The notes under the pieces were generated by a model that worked only from the letters and a program-made list of their open reading frames with translations, was not told where the DNA came from and ran no database searches. From Zunongwangia sp. (GTDB taxonomy: Bacteria > Bacteroidota > Bacteroidia > Flavobacteriales > Flavobacteriaceae), in the NCBI RefSeq assembly GCF_048269745.1, contig NZ_JBLXIB010000012.1, forward strand, positions 25,158 through 89,157: a stretch of DNA of 64,000 bases. Direction: 5' to 3'. How positions within the stretch are numbered: position 1 is the stretch's first letter; every line of letters starts with the position of its first letter. A program made the position numbers and the translations under genes. This document shows positions 7,812 to 18,506 of the stretch, piece after piece.

Positions 7812-10634
7812 TTAATTTGAGATAGTTCTGTCTGGTGCACGTCTCTTATCGTATTTAATATCGCTAAGTACAGAAGATTTAATTCCGATAAAGAAATTCC
7901 AAGACTTTCTTGCGCTAAAAGGAATCCAATTAAAACTCATTCTCCAACTTTCTAAATCACGCTGAAAACGAAATTGTGTATAGGTGAAACCTGTATTTAC
8001 AAAATCGAATCCGGAAGAAACTCCTGCTTTCCATTTAGGAGAAAGTTCTACATCTCCGGAAAACATTATAGAGTGGGAGCTTATTTCATTATTTCTTACT
8101 CTATTATTATACGTCATGGTGTAAGAAATTCGGATGTCCCATGGTATTCGGTAATTATACCAGTCTGTTTTTTCTTTTTCATCCCCTTCAATTTCCTCTT
8201 CATCATCAGGATATAAGTTTCCATTTAGCCCAGGGTTTACACCTAATAGATCATCCCTTCTTCCTCCATTTCGATAGGATTCATTATCAATCTCATCTTC
8301 GTTTTCATTATCTTTATCTGCAAAATCTTTACTAGAAAAAGAATAGCCAAAACTAACATTTGCATTAGTCAAACGGAATAAACTACCTCCGTTAGAAATA
8401 TTTAATTTATCGATTCTTCTGTTATTATTGTCTAAAGCATAAATATCTAGATTACCACCAAAATTAATATCTAATTTATTTTGAATAATTGGTAAACTTC
8501 CTCTAACAGAAAGTGGCGCTAATTTTAAACTATCTGCTGCTAGATTATAAGATGTGCTTACACTGAAGTTATTAAGAAGTTTGATTTTTTTAGGTTCTGT
8601 AGCAGTACTGTCTTTATCTCTCACTTTGGCTTCTAATGTATTACTTATACTAAAACCTAACGAACTGGAAAAATCTTTACCAGGAGCGCCATATAGTGTA
8701 TTCTGAAAGCGTGAATATTCTACTCGAGTAGAATCTGTAGGGTCGGCTAATGGAACTTCATAATATTCATCGTAATACTGATCGAAAGAAGGATTAATTC
8801 CATAGCTAATTGAGGGGCGCATGGTATGCCGTATAGCTTGAATCTTTTTATCTTTCCCAAAATTTTTCTGACCATAAATTGTAGTACCTATACTAGCACC
8901 AAAATTATAGGTCCTGTAGGAATCAAATCCTCTTATAGTATCTACTACTTCTCTATCATTAACACTGTCGTATGATCTATCGTAAGTCTCAAAAACCCAA
9001 TTTTCTTCATAATTTGTATTAGCACTTACACTAAAATATTTGAATATTTTAAAGTTAGTAGCCAGTGGTATTGTATGTTGAGCACCGTATACAGCTTCTT
9101 TAAACATCTGAGGTTTAAAAAATAAAGAATCAGTAGTCTCGAATTTATTTTGTGCTCGTAAATTATATTGTAGGTTTATATTTTGAATAATCCCCTTTTT
9201 AATACCACTTTTAGTAGCAAACGGATAAATACGATCTACGCTTGCCTGCAATGTAGGCAGCGTCATTGTAATTTTTCCTGTGTTTGTATTTTGTTGGTGT
9301 GAAGCAGTTAAACTTAAATTTACACCGGGATCACTGTCAAAAGTTTTACTATATGATACAGAAGATCTTAAGGTGTTATTTAAAACATTTGCAGAGTTTG
9401 TTTGGTTTTGAGAGAATGTATAGTAATTACTACTTCCTAAGTTTACACTTGCAGAGAACCTAGAAGACGGACTTGCTTTAGAATCTTGGCTATGTGACCA
9501 TTGCAAGTTGTAAATGGAACCCTCGCCATAATCGGGGAAGCCTCTTTCGCTAGTATATTGCTTTTCGAAACGGAAGCGTAAATTACCTCTAAATTTATAG
9601 CGCTTTGCATAATTAGATTCAATTCGCAACCCATAGCTTCCATTTGTATAGTAATCTCCCAAAGTAAGCAAATCTACATAATCACTAATCGCAAAGTAAT
9701 ACCCACCATTTTGAAGAAAAAATCCTCGATTTCCATTTCCAAAAGAGGGCACTATAAAACCAGATGTTGTTTCTTCGGTTAACGGAAAGTATCCAAAAGG
9801 TAGGAGTAATGGAGTAGGTACATCTGCGATATACATATTTACAAAGCCACTAACTATTTTTTTACTAGGAACAAATTTTATTTTTCGAGCATAGAAATAA
9901 TATTCCGGATCATCTACATCTTCTGAAGTTGTAAAGCGAACATTCTTCATAAAATAAACTGAATCATTCTCTCTTTTGGTTACGGCACCTTTTACATTAA
10001 ATGAAGCTTCTTGAGTTCTAGAATTATAAATAAGTGCACGTTCTGTATCAAAATTAAACCGTATCGAATCAGGTTCTACCGTTCTAGATCCTTGTTTAAA
10101 AACAGGAGGTTGGGTGTAAGTTCCTGTAGAATCTACAATACCATATGCGTAAACTTCTTTTTGGTTATTATCAATAATAATTTTACCGGCACTAATAGTC
10201 ATGTCTTGGTAAACTACTTCTGCATTATTGTAAAGATACATTTTGCCTTCACGTTGGCTGAGCCTCATATAATCTTTAGCAGAATAATCTACAATATCTG
10301 TAATTACTTGGTTTTGATTGTTTTCTTTAAGGGTGTCGGTTTCAAATAATCCTAATAAACTATCTTGTTCCCTTACCAATTTTGCTAAAGGAAGGTTGTT
10401 AACTAAAATCAGCGAATCTTTTTCTGCTCGGATTTCTATAGAATTAGTTTTAGGTATTTCCTGAGCGTACGAACACACCAACGGGAAGAGTAGGAGAATA
10501 CAGCAAAAAAGTATTTTAGGTATATTTGTTTGCAATGCTTTAAACACTATTTTTGTACAGAATGGCTCATTTTTTGAGATTCCAAAATTACATATATTTT
10601 TAGCAATTTTTTGCTTTTGGGCGAAAATAGTCAT
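7812..10634 (-). CDS. LptD/OstA-like outer-membrane protein (putative LPS-assembly protein). The start is uncertain: ATG at 10634 or GTG at 10547. The 10742 start from the ORF track is unlikely.
   Basis: About 940 aa. A signal peptide (KILFCCILLLFPLVCSYAQ) is followed by an OstA-like N-terminal domain and a very large beta-barrel-type region rich in N/S/T/Y/F. Using 10742 as start would overlap the divergent amidase gene. Confidence 0.45.
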   Translation of the reverse strand: MTIFAQKQKIAKNICNFGISKNEPFCTKIVFKALQTNIPKILFCCILLLFPLVCSYAQEIPKTNSIEIRAEKDSLILVNNLPLAKLVREQDSLLGLFETDTLKENNQNQVITDIVDYSAKDYMRLSQREGKMYLYNNAEVVYQDMTISAGKIIIDNNQKEVYAYGIVDSTGTYTQPPVFKQGSRTVEPDSIRFNFDTERALIYNSRTQEASFNVKGAVTKRENDSVYFMKNVRFTTSEDVDDPEYYFYARKIKFVPSKKIVSGFVNMYIADVPTPLLLPFGYFPLTEETTSGFIVPSFGNGNRGFFLQNGGYYFAISDYVDLLTLGDYYTNGSYGLRIESNYAKRYKFRGNLRFRFEKQYTSERGFPDYGEGSIYNLQWSHSQDSKASPSSRFSASVNLGSSNYYTFSQNQTNSANVLNNTLRSSVSYSKTFDSDPGVNLSLTASHQQNTNTGKITMTLPTLQASVDRIYPFATKSGIKKGIIQNINLQYNLRAQNKFETTDSLFFKPQMFKEAVYGAQHTIPLATNFKIFKYFSVSANTNYEENWVFETYDRSYDSVNDREVVDTIRGFDSYRTYNFGASIGTTIYGQKNFGKDKKIQAIRHTMRPSISYGINPSFDQYYDEYYEVPLADPTDSTRVEYSRFQNTLYGAPGKDFSSSLGFSISNTLEAKVRDKDSTATEPKKIKLLNNFSVSTSYNLAADSLKLAPLSVRGSLPIIQNKLDINFGGNLDIYALDNNNRRIDKLNISNGGSLFRLTNANVSFGYSFSSKDFADKDNENEDEIDNESYRNGGRRDDLLGVNPGLNGNLYPDDEEEIEGDEKEKTDWYNYRIPWDIRISYTMTYNNRVRNNEISSHSIMFSGDVELSPKWKAGVSSGFDFVNTGFTYTQFRFQRDLESWRMSFNWIPFSARKSWNFFIGIKSSVLSDIKYDKRRAPDRTISN

Positions 10635-10671
10635 TAAAATATTAATATAAAGACTAGAAGTGAGATTATCT

Positions 10672-11805
10672 ATGAAAACGATTATAACTAATATTTTGGT
10701 ATGTTCATGTTTCCTGTTTTTTTGTAATGATATGTTAGCCAATACGCAACCTCCTCAAAAAGATTCTTATGTAGTAGTTTTAGATGCTGGCCACGGAGGT
10801 AAGGATCCTGGGAACTTAGGAAATAATTATAAAGAAAAAGATATTGCACTAGATATTGTCCTTAAAGTTGGTAAAAAACTTGAGTCTAAAGGCATTAAAG
10901 TAGTTTATACTCGTAAAACAGATGTTTTTATTCCTTTAATGAAACGGGGACAAATTGCGAATGATGCTAATGCTGATCTTTTTGTATCTGTACATTGTAA
11001 TTCTCATAGTTCTCAAGCATCCGGTACTGAGACTTTTGTTTTAGGATCTAAAAGGCACGATACAAATTTTGAAGTTGCCAAACGTGAGAATTCGGTTATT
11101 TATATGGAAGAAGATTACAAAGTAACTTATAATGGTTTTGATCCTAATTCTCCGGAGTCTTTTATAGGGATGACGCTTTTACAGGAAGAATATTCAAACC
11201 AAAGTATTTTATTGGCCGATTTAATTCAGAAAAAATTCACTAACGATCTACATAGAAAAAATCGAGGAGTTAAAGAAGGCGCTTTAATTGTATTGCACCA
11301 AACGTATATGCCAAGTGTATTAGTAGAAGTTGGTTTTTTAACAAATAATAGCGAAGGTGCTTTCCTAAATAGTAATGCCGGTCAATCTAAAATGGCTAAT
11401 GGAATTGTGGATGGTATTATGGATTATGCCTCTCAAATTAATTTATCTTCTATATCAAGCATTCATCCTTTAGATAATAAAACTGTTACCAAATCAGAAT
11501 CTGGTGTAAGTATTAATGGAAATGCAGCAGATTATTATAAAGGAATAATATTTAGCGTTCAGCTAGCAGCGGGATCTAAGAAATTAGCTACAAAATCTTA
11601 TAATTTTAAAGGTATAAATGATGTTTTTAGAAAAAAAGAGGGGAATCTATATAAATATTATGTAGGTGAAACCTCTAGTTATTTAGATATTCAAAAAGTA
11701 CATCAGAAAGCGATAAAACGAGGTTTTCCAAACAGTTATATAGTAGCCTTTAAAAATGGAAAAAAAATTACAGTTAATGAGGCGTTAAAAACAAATATTA
11801 ATTGA
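10672..11805 (+). CDS. N-acetylmuramoyl-L-alanine amidase (Amidase_3, AmiC-like) with a C-terminal SPOR domain
   Basis: Signal peptide. VVLDAGHGGKDPG and HCNS motifs of Amidase_3. The C-terminal roughly 80 aa (IFSVQLAAGSKKL...YKYYVGETSSY...) is SPOR-like. Start taken at the internal ATG 10672 (MKTIITN...). Confidence 0.85.
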   Translation: MKTIITNILVCSCFLFFCNDMLANTQPPQKDSYVVVLDAGHGGKDPGNLGNNYKEKDIALDIVLKVGKKLESKGIKVVYTRKTDVFIPLMKRGQIANDANADLFVSVHCNSHSSQASGTETFVLGSKRHDTNFEVAKRENSVIYMEEDYKVTYNGFDPNSPESFIGMTLLQEEYSNQSILLADLIQKKFTNDLHRKNRGVKEGALIVLHQTYMPSVLVEVGFLTNNSEGAFLNSNAGQSKMANGIVDGIMDYASQINLSSISSIHPLDNKTVTKSESGVSINGNAADYYKGIIFSVQLAAGSKKLATKSYNFKGINDVFRKKEGNLYKYYVGETSSYLDIQKVHQKAIKRGFPNSYIVAFKNGKKITVNEALKTNIN

Positions 11806-11860
11806 GAATCTTTTCTATATTTATCCTTAAATTTGTTGCTATTGACTAAAAAACTAACTT

Positions 11861-12811
11861 TTGAAATACTCTAGAGAGGTAAAAACAGCTATACTTGCTA
11901 TTATAGCTATTGCAATACTAATATTTGGTTATAACTTTTTAAAAGGTAAAAACCTATTAGATTCCAATCGTACATTTTATGCAATATACAATGATGTAGA
12001 AGGGCTTTCTCCTTCTTCTAATGTAACTATTAATGGATTAAAAGTAGGTCAGGTTACTGCTATAAATTTTTTAAATAGAGAAGGCCAGCTTTTAGTAACA
12101 TTCACAGTTGAAAAAGATTTTCAATTTACTAATGCTAGTGTAGCTCAAGTATATGGTGGTGGTATTATTGGAGGAAAATCCTTAGGGATAATTCCAAAAT
12201 ATAAGGAAGGAGAAATAGCAAAAACCGGAGATACCTTACCGAGTAATGTAGAAGAGGGAATTATGGAGCTGGTTAACGAGAGGCTTACACCTCTTCAAAA
12301 GAAAATAGAGCGTACTGTAGTAAGTGCAGATTCTTTATTGACAGGTGTAAATCAGTTACTTAACGATTCTACTCGATATAGTATTCAAAATACATTCAAA
12401 AATTTGAATAAGATCTCTAGCTCATTAAAAAATAGCAGTGTTGAAATTGAAGGTATTTTGAACGAGAACTCTAGTAAACTAAGTAGTACATTTACTAATT
12501 TAGATAAAACAGCAAGTAATTTTGCATCGGTTTCAGATTCATTAAATCAAATGAATGTTGGCCAAATAACTCGAGATTTGGAAGGAGTTGTTGCTGATTT
12601 TAGAAATATAGCTGATAATTTGAATTCTGGTAAAGGAACTGCCGGTAAATTATTAAATGACGATAAAGTTTATAATAATTTAGATAGGGCTACTATGCAA
12701 CTAGAACAATTATTACAAGACATAAAACTAAACCCGAAGCGATACGTACATTTCTCTGTATTCGGAAAAAATCCTGGTCCGTACGAAGAGCCTAAAGATT
12801 CTTTAAAGTAA
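11861..12811 (+). CDS. MlaD/MCE family protein
   Basis: TTG start, an N-terminal TM helix, then an MCE domain (YAIYNDVEGLSPSSNVTINGLKVGQV). The C-terminus is an Ala/Ser/Asn-rich helical extension. Confidence 0.75.
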   Translation: MKYSREVKTAILAIIAIAILIFGYNFLKGKNLLDSNRTFYAIYNDVEGLSPSSNVTINGLKVGQVTAINFLNREGQLLVTFTVEKDFQFTNASVAQVYGGGIIGGKSLGIIPKYKEGEIAKTGDTLPSNVEEGIMELVNERLTPLQKKIERTVVSADSLLTGVNQLLNDSTRYSIQNTFKNLNKISSSLKNSSVEIEGILNENSSKLSSTFTNLDKTASNFASVSDSLNQMNVGQITRDLEGVVADFRNIADNLNSGKGTAGKLLNDDKVYNNLDRATMQLEQLLQDIKLNPKRYVHFSVFGKNPGPYEEPKDSLK

Positions 12812-12820
12812 ACAAGCGGT

Positions 12821-14158
12821 ATGCAAATCCTAGCTCAAATACTATTTTCAATAGCATTAATAGTTGGTATTTCTTTTTTTGTAAGGAATATTCGGCTAAT
12901 GATCCGGAATGTTAAATTAGGAAAATCAATTGATCGAACTGATAGAGCTGCAGAACGTTGGTCTAAAACAATCAAAATTGCTTTAGGTCAGAGCAAAATG
13001 GTTAGAAAACCAGTCGCAGGTATTCTCCATGTCATAGTATATCTTGGTTTTATTATTATCAATATTGAAGTTCTTGAAATTATTATAGATGGTATTTTTG
13101 GGACGCACCGTGTATTATCATTTTTAGGTGGATTTTATAACTTTTTAATAGGGAGTTTTGAAATTTTAGCCGTTTTAGTGCTGATAGGTGTTGTTATTTT
13201 TTGGATTCGCCGAAATGTTCTTCATATTTATCGATTTTTAAATAAAGAACTAAAAGGTTGGCCAAAAAATGATGCAAACTATATTTTGTATTTTGAAATG
13301 GTACTGATGTCTTTATTTTTAATAATGAATGCAGCAGATCTTCAATTACAATTAAATGGTCATACGCACTATGCACATTCTAGTGCAATTGTTGGAGCAT
13401 TTCCGGTGAGTCAATTTTTACTGCCAATTTTCGAAAGTATTTCTGATGCTACTTTAGTTATTATTGAAAGAGCTGCGTGGTGGCTTCATATTTTAGGAAT
13501 ACTATTTTTCTTAAACTATTTATATTATTCAAAACATCTTCATATTCTATTAGCTTTTCCAAATGTTTATTTTTCAAAATTAAAACCTAAAGGAGAGTTA
13601 GATAATCTTGAAGCGGTTAAAAAAGAAGTTGCTTTAATGATGGATCCTAATGCAGATCCGTTTGCAGCTCCGGCAGAAAATGAAGAAGAGCCTGAAAAAT
13701 TTGGAGCTTCCGATGTTTTCGATCTCAATCAGGTTCAGTTATTGAATGCGTATACGTGTACTGAATGTGGACGTTGTACCGCAGAATGTCCGGCAAACCA
13801 AACCGGAAAAAAATTATCACCCCGAAAGATAATGATGGATACGAGAGATCGTTTAGAAGAAGTAGGTGGTATTATAACAAAAAAGGGCAAGTTTGAAGAT
13901 GATGGCAAACAGCTCTTAGATAATTATATACAGCAAGAAGAATTATGGGCTTGTACAAGCTGTAATGCTTGTGTTGAAGCTTGCCCAATAGGAATCGATC
14001 CACTTTCAATAATTATTGATATGAGACGTTATTTAGTAATGGAACAAAGTGCAGTACCTAATGAACTAGCAGTATCTTTAGGTAATATTGAAAACAATGG
14101 AGCACCTTGGCCATACAACCAAATGGATCGTTTAAATTGGGCAGAAGAGAATAAATAA
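12821..14158 (+). CDS. Membrane-anchored (Fe-S)-binding oxidoreductase subunit (HdrC/GlpC-like 4Fe-4S dicluster domain)
   Basis: About 250 aa with five to six TM helices, then two CxxCxxCxxxCP motifs (CTECGRCTAECP, CTSCNACVEACP). Confidence 0.7.
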   Translation: MQILAQILFSIALIVGISFFVRNIRLMIRNVKLGKSIDRTDRAAERWSKTIKIALGQSKMVRKPVAGILHVIVYLGFIIINIEVLEIIIDGIFGTHRVLSFLGGFYNFLIGSFEILAVLVLIGVVIFWIRRNVLHIYRFLNKELKGWPKNDANYILYFEMVLMSLFLIMNAADLQLQLNGHTHYAHSSAIVGAFPVSQFLLPIFESISDATLVIIERAAWWLHILGILFFLNYLYYSKHLHILLAFPNVYFSKLKPKGELDNLEAVKKEVALMMDPNADPFAAPAENEEEPEKFGASDVFDLNQVQLLNAYTCTECGRCTAECPANQTGKKLSPRKIMMDTRDRLEEVGGIITKKGKFEDDGKQLLDNYIQQEELWACTSCNACVEACPIGIDPLSIIIDMRRYLVMEQSAVPNELAVSLGNIENNGAPWPYNQMDRLNWAEENK

Positions 14159-14176
14159 TTTTAAAGAATTCAATAT

Positions 14177-14968
14177 ATGGCAGATGCGATTAAAGTTCCA
14201 ACCATGGCAGAATATATGGCTGAAGGAAAAAATCCTGAAGTATTATTTTGGGTAGGTTGTGCAGGTAGTTTTGACGATCGCGCCAAAAAAATAACAAAAG
14301 CTTTTGTAAAGTTATTGCACCGATCTGGTGTAGATTTTGCAGTTTTAGGAACCGAGGAAAGTTGTACCGGAGATCCGGCTAAAAGGGCAGGAAATGAATT
14401 TTTATTTCAAATGCAAGCCGCAATAAATATAGAAGTTCTAAACGGTTATGGAATTAAAAATATAGTAACAACTTGTCCGCATTGCTTTAACACTCTTAAA
14501 AATGAATATCCTTCACTTGGCGGAAATTACGAAGTCCAACACCATACTCAATTTTTAAAAAGCCTTTTAGAAGAAGGAAAACTAAAAGTAGAAGGTGGTA
14601 AATTTAAAGGTAAACGTATAACTTTTCATGATCCTTGTTATTTAGGTCGTGCTAATAATGAGTATGAAGCACCAAGAGATTTACTTCGGAAATTAGAAGT
14701 TGAACTTATAGAAATGCGTAAATGCAAACGCAATGCTATGTGTTGTGGAGCAGGTGGTGCACAAATGTTTAAAGATTCCGAAGAAGGAAAAAAAGAAGTT
14801 AATATAGAACGTACCGAGCAGGCTGAAGCTGTTAACCCTGATGTAATTGCCGCAGGCTGTCCATTTTGTAATACCATGATGACCGATGGTGTTAAAAGCA
14901 AATCTAAAGAAGATGAAATAGCTGTTTTAGATGTAGCTGAAATGATCGCAGAGGCAGAAGATCTTTAA
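14177..14968 (+). CDS. (Fe-S)-binding protein with two CCG cysteine-rich domains (HdrB/GlpC/LutA-like)
   Basis: CCG-domain cysteine patterns (TTCPHCFNTL, HDPCYLGR, CCGAGG, GCPFCN). It is co-directional with the preceding gene, 18 bp downstream. Confidence 0.7.
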   Translation: MADAIKVPTMAEYMAEGKNPEVLFWVGCAGSFDDRAKKITKAFVKLLHRSGVDFAVLGTEESCTGDPAKRAGNEFLFQMQAAINIEVLNGYGIKNIVTTCPHCFNTLKNEYPSLGGNYEVQHHTQFLKSLLEEGKLKVEGGKFKGKRITFHDPCYLGRANNEYEAPRDLLRKLEVELIEMRKCKRNAMCCGAGGAQMFKDSEEGKKEVNIERTEQAEAVNPDVIAAGCPFCNTMMTDGVKSKSKEDEIAVLDVAEMIAEAEDL

Positions 14969-15041
14969 ATAAAAAAGAAGATCTTTTTTTTGCCGCTTAA
15001 GCGATAATCATAATTTTGCAATAAAAAAATTACCAAAGCAC

Positions 15042-15527
15042 ATGTTAGTACCATTTAAAGCGTTACCTGATAACGCTAGAGTCTGGATATACCAAAGTAA
15101 CCGATCTTTTACTGAAGAAGAATTAACCGAAATTCAATCAAAATTAGATGATTTTTTAGTTGAATGGACAGTACACGGACAGCAACTAAATGCTGGATAC
15201 GAAATTCGATACAAACGTTTTATTATTATTGGTTTAGATCAAGAAATAAATGCAGCTTCAGGTTGTTCTATAGATGCTTCTGTACATTTTATTCAATCTC
15301 TTGAAAAGGAATATAATGTCGATTTGTTAGATAAAATGAATGTTTCTTTTAAGCAAGGAGAATTTGTGGCTTATAAGAATTTGATTGATTTCAAAAAAAT
15401 GGTGAAAAATAAATCTGTTTCTCCAAAAACAATCGTCTTCAATAACTTGGTAAATAATAAAGCTGAATATCTTTCAGATTGGGAAGTTCCTGCAGCTGAA
15501 AGCTGGCACAAGAGATTTTTAAAATAA
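15042..15527 (+). CDS. Conserved hypothetical protein (161 aa)
   Basis: The ORF has good coding character and no recognisable catalytic motif. Its stop overlaps the start of the GH3 gene. Confidence 0.45.
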   Translation: MLVPFKALPDNARVWIYQSNRSFTEEELTEIQSKLDDFLVEWTVHGQQLNAGYEIRYKRFIIIGLDQEINAASGCSIDASVHFIQSLEKEYNVDLLDKMNVSFKQGEFVAYKNLIDFKKMVKNKSVSPKTIVFNNLVNNKAEYLSDWEVPAAESWHKRFLK

Positions 15528-18448
15528 TGAGTTTTAAGAAAAGAGTTTTAAGCGGAATATTTATTCTCTTCAGTTCTTTTTTACTAGCTCAAACTCCAGA
15601 TCCGTTAGTTACGGCTGATAGTCTTGCCCAAAAAAAGTGGGTAGATAGCATCTATTCTAATTTTAGTTTAGAACAGAAGTTGGGGCAACTCTTTATGGTC
15701 GATGTTTTTTCGAATACTTCGCAACAGAATTTAAATTATGTTGAAAGTTTAATTAAAAACTACCATATTGGAGGTGTAATTTTTTCTAAAGGAGGTCCTG
15801 TTCGAGAAGCTAAAATTACTAATACATTTCAAGAAGCTAGTAAAGTTCCATTATTAATTGGGATGGATGCTGAATGGGGGCTATCTATGCGCTTAGATTC
15901 TACTTATTCGCTTCCTTGGAACATGACGTTAGGAGCAATTCAAGATACCACTTTGGTAAGAAGAGCCGGTTTTACAATTGGTAAGCATTGTAAACGTATG
16001 GGGATTCATATAAATTTTGCACCAGTTGTAGATGTGAATACCAATCCGCGTAATCCCATTATTGGAAATCGGTCTTTTGGAGAAAATAAATTTAATGTAG
16101 CTGAAAAAGCGGTTGCATTTATGCAAGGCATGCACGAAGCCGGAATTTTATCGAGCGCTAAGCATTTTCCAGGACACGGAGATACTAATCAAGATTCTCA
16201 CAAAACCTTACCTTCTGTATTATTTTCTAAAGAGCGTTTAGAAGATATTGAATTTTACCCATTTAAGAAATTAATTCATAACGGAGTAAGTAGTATTATG
16301 GTTGCTCACCTTAATGTTCCCGCTTTAGAGACAAAAGAGAGTATGCCAACTTCATTATCTAAAAATGTAGTTACTAATTTACTTCAAAAAAAGCTTCAGT
16401 TTAAAGGATTAGTGTTTACCGATGCATTGAATATGAATGGTGTTGCTAATTACGATAAACCCGGAGCTATAGATTTAGCAGCCTTTGAAGCTGGCAATGA
16501 TATCTTATTGATGTCTAAAAATGTTCCTAAGGCATTAAAAATATTAAAAGAAGCTTACGAGAATAAAATAATTTCAGAAGCTCGTTTAGCCCATTCTGTA
16601 AAGAAAATTTTAAAAGCAAAATATAGAGCAGGTTTAAATAATTATAAACCCGTTGAAGAGGAGTATTTAATTAAAGAATTAAATACAACAGCCGATAAAG
16701 CTTTTTACGAAGACTTAATGGAGAATGCTATAACACTGATTCGTAATAATAGAGGTATTGTTCCTTTAAAAAATATTAAAGATCAGAAAATAGCATACAT
16801 AAGTATGGGCAACGATGATGGAAGTACATTTTTAAGAGAATTAAAAAAATATACAAAAATCGATCATATTGAAAGTGGAGATTTATCAAGTTTGCTTAAT
16901 AAATTAAAGACGTATGATCGTGTTATAATAGGTTTTCATAAAAAAAGTGATAATCCTTGGCGGAGCTATAAATTCACTGAAAAAAATAGATTATGGATTC
17001 GTGAAATTGCCAAGCAGCATCCTGTATTATTATCAGTTTTTACAAGTCCATACTCGTTACTCGATTTCAAATCTACTACAGATATAGAATCGATTTTGGT
17101 AGCCTATCAAAATACTGAAATAGCACAACAAAAAGCAGCACAAATACTATTTGGAGCTATAGGCGCTAAAGGAAAATTACCGGTTAGTGTAGGAGTAGAT
17201 TTTCCAGAAGGTACTGGCTATTTTTCTAAACCAATAAATAGGTTAAGTTACGGAATGCCTGAAACGGAAGGAATGAATTCTTTTAAATTAAAGAAAATTG
17301 ATTCTATAATTAACGATGCAATCAAAAAAAAAATGACTCCTGGAGCTCAAATTTTAGTAGCTCGCCACGGAAAAGTCGTCTATAATAAGAATTTTGGATA
17401 CCAAACTTACAATAAATCAAAAGCAATTACCGATACTTCGGTTTATGATTTAGCTTCTCTAACAAAAGTATTAGGAACTTTGCCATTAATAATGCAGCAA
17501 GTTGAAAAAGGCATACTTACTTTTGATACTACTTTAGGTGAGTTTATGCCGGTTTTTCAAAATTCAAATAAATCTGATATTACACTCCAAGATATGTTAA
17601 TGCATTATGCCAGATTAAAACCTTGGATTCCGTTTTACATATCTACTATAGATGGAGTTACAAAAAAGCCCTCTACATTATATTATCATACCAAAGCAGA
17701 TAGTGTTTTTAATACACAAATTGCTAATAATATGTTTTTAAGGCGGAGTATGCAAGACTCTATTATTAACACAATAAAAGAGAGTAAATTAAATAAAAGA
17801 AAAGTTTATAAATACAGCGATTTACCCTTTTATATAATGAAATATTATCTGGAAGGATTTTATAAAAAAAACCTTAACACGTTAACACAAGAGCGTTTTT
17901 ATAAATCGTTAGGTGCAAATTACACAGGATATTTACCTAAAACACGTTTTCCGTTAGATGAGATTGTTCCTACAGAAAACGATAAGTTATGGCGAAGGCA
18001 ATTAGTGCATGGTTATGTACACGATCAGGGTGCAGCAATGCAAGGAGGCATTGGTGGCCATGCTGGTTTGTTTAGTAATGCAAACGATGTCGCAAAAATA
18101 ATGCAAATGTACTTGCAAGGAGGGACCTATGGAGGGCATCAATACTTCAAATCTAGTACTATCGATAAGTTTAATACTTGTTATTATTGCGATGAAAATG
18201 TAAGGCGGGGCGTTGGTTTCGACAAACCTCAAATATCAGGTGGAGGTCCGGCTTGTACTTGTGTATCTAAAAGTAGTTTCGGGCATAGCGGTTTTACCGG
18301 TACATTTGCTTGGGCAGATCCTGAAAATGGAATTGTTTATGTATTTTTATCAAATAGAGTATATCCAGATTCAACAAATAGAAAACTGATTCATGAAAAT
18401 ATTCGTACAAAAATACAAGAGATTATTTATGAAGCAATCGATTATTAA
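15527..18448 (+). CDS. Glycoside hydrolase family 3 (NagZ-like beta-N-acetylhexosaminidase) fused to a C-terminal beta-lactamase/serine-hydrolase domain
   Basis: Signal peptide. GH3 N-terminal domain with KHFPGHGDTNQDSH. The C-terminal half carries the SxxK active-site motif (ASLTKV) and a PBP/beta-lactamase-like fold signature (HSGFTG). 973 aa. Confidence 0.8.
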   Translation: MSFKKRVLSGIFILFSSFLLAQTPDPLVTADSLAQKKWVDSIYSNFSLEQKLGQLFMVDVFSNTSQQNLNYVESLIKNYHIGGVIFSKGGPVREAKITNTFQEASKVPLLIGMDAEWGLSMRLDSTYSLPWNMTLGAIQDTTLVRRAGFTIGKHCKRMGIHINFAPVVDVNTNPRNPIIGNRSFGENKFNVAEKAVAFMQGMHEAGILSSAKHFPGHGDTNQDSHKTLPSVLFSKERLEDIEFYPFKKLIHNGVSSIMVAHLNVPALETKESMPTSLSKNVVTNLLQKKLQFKGLVFTDALNMNGVANYDKPGAIDLAAFEAGNDILLMSKNVPKALKILKEAYENKIISEARLAHSVKKILKAKYRAGLNNYKPVEEEYLIKELNTTADKAFYEDLMENAITLIRNNRGIVPLKNIKDQKIAYISMGNDDGSTFLRELKKYTKIDHIESGDLSSLLNKLKTYDRVIIGFHKKSDNPWRSYKFTEKNRLWIREIAKQHPVLLSVFTSPYSLLDFKSTTDIESILVAYQNTEIAQQKAAQILFGAIGAKGKLPVSVGVDFPEGTGYFSKPINRLSYGMPETEGMNSFKLKKIDSIINDAIKKKMTPGAQILVARHGKVVYNKNFGYQTYNKSKAITDTSVYDLASLTKVLGTLPLIMQQVEKGILTFDTTLGEFMPVFQNSNKSDITLQDMLMHYARLKPWIPFYISTIDGVTKKPSTLYYHTKADSVFNTQIANNMFLRRSMQDSIINTIKESKLNKRKVYKYSDLPFYIMKYYLEGFYKKNLNTLTQERFYKSLGANYTGYLPKTRFPLDEIVPTENDKLWRRQLVHGYVHDQGAAMQGGIGGHAGLFSNANDVAKIMQMYLQGGTYGGHQYFKSSTIDKFNTCYYCDENVRRGVGFDKPQISGGGPACTCVSKSSFGHSGFTGTFAWADPENGIVYVFLSNRVYPDSTNRKLIHENIRTKIQEIIYEAIDY

Positions 18449-18506
18449 ATAGTAGTTGAAAAAATAGTAAACTAGAATCAGTTTTATTGATTCTTAAAAG
18501 AATTAA

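Noticed and set aside
7974-8335. Plus-strand ORFs 7974..8216 and 8141..8335 (and 10011..10349) inside the LptD-like gene.
   Set aside because: They are antisense to a long well-supported CDS. Their translations are low-complexity F/I/H-rich strings, and no independent start or RBS context is evident.
14941-15001. A possible terminator hairpin after the CCG-domain Fe-S gene (aaaaga-aga-tctttt with a flanking T run).
   Set aside because: The stem is only 6 bp and entirely A/U, and it overlaps a coding gaagatcttt duplication. It is too weak to call without expression data.
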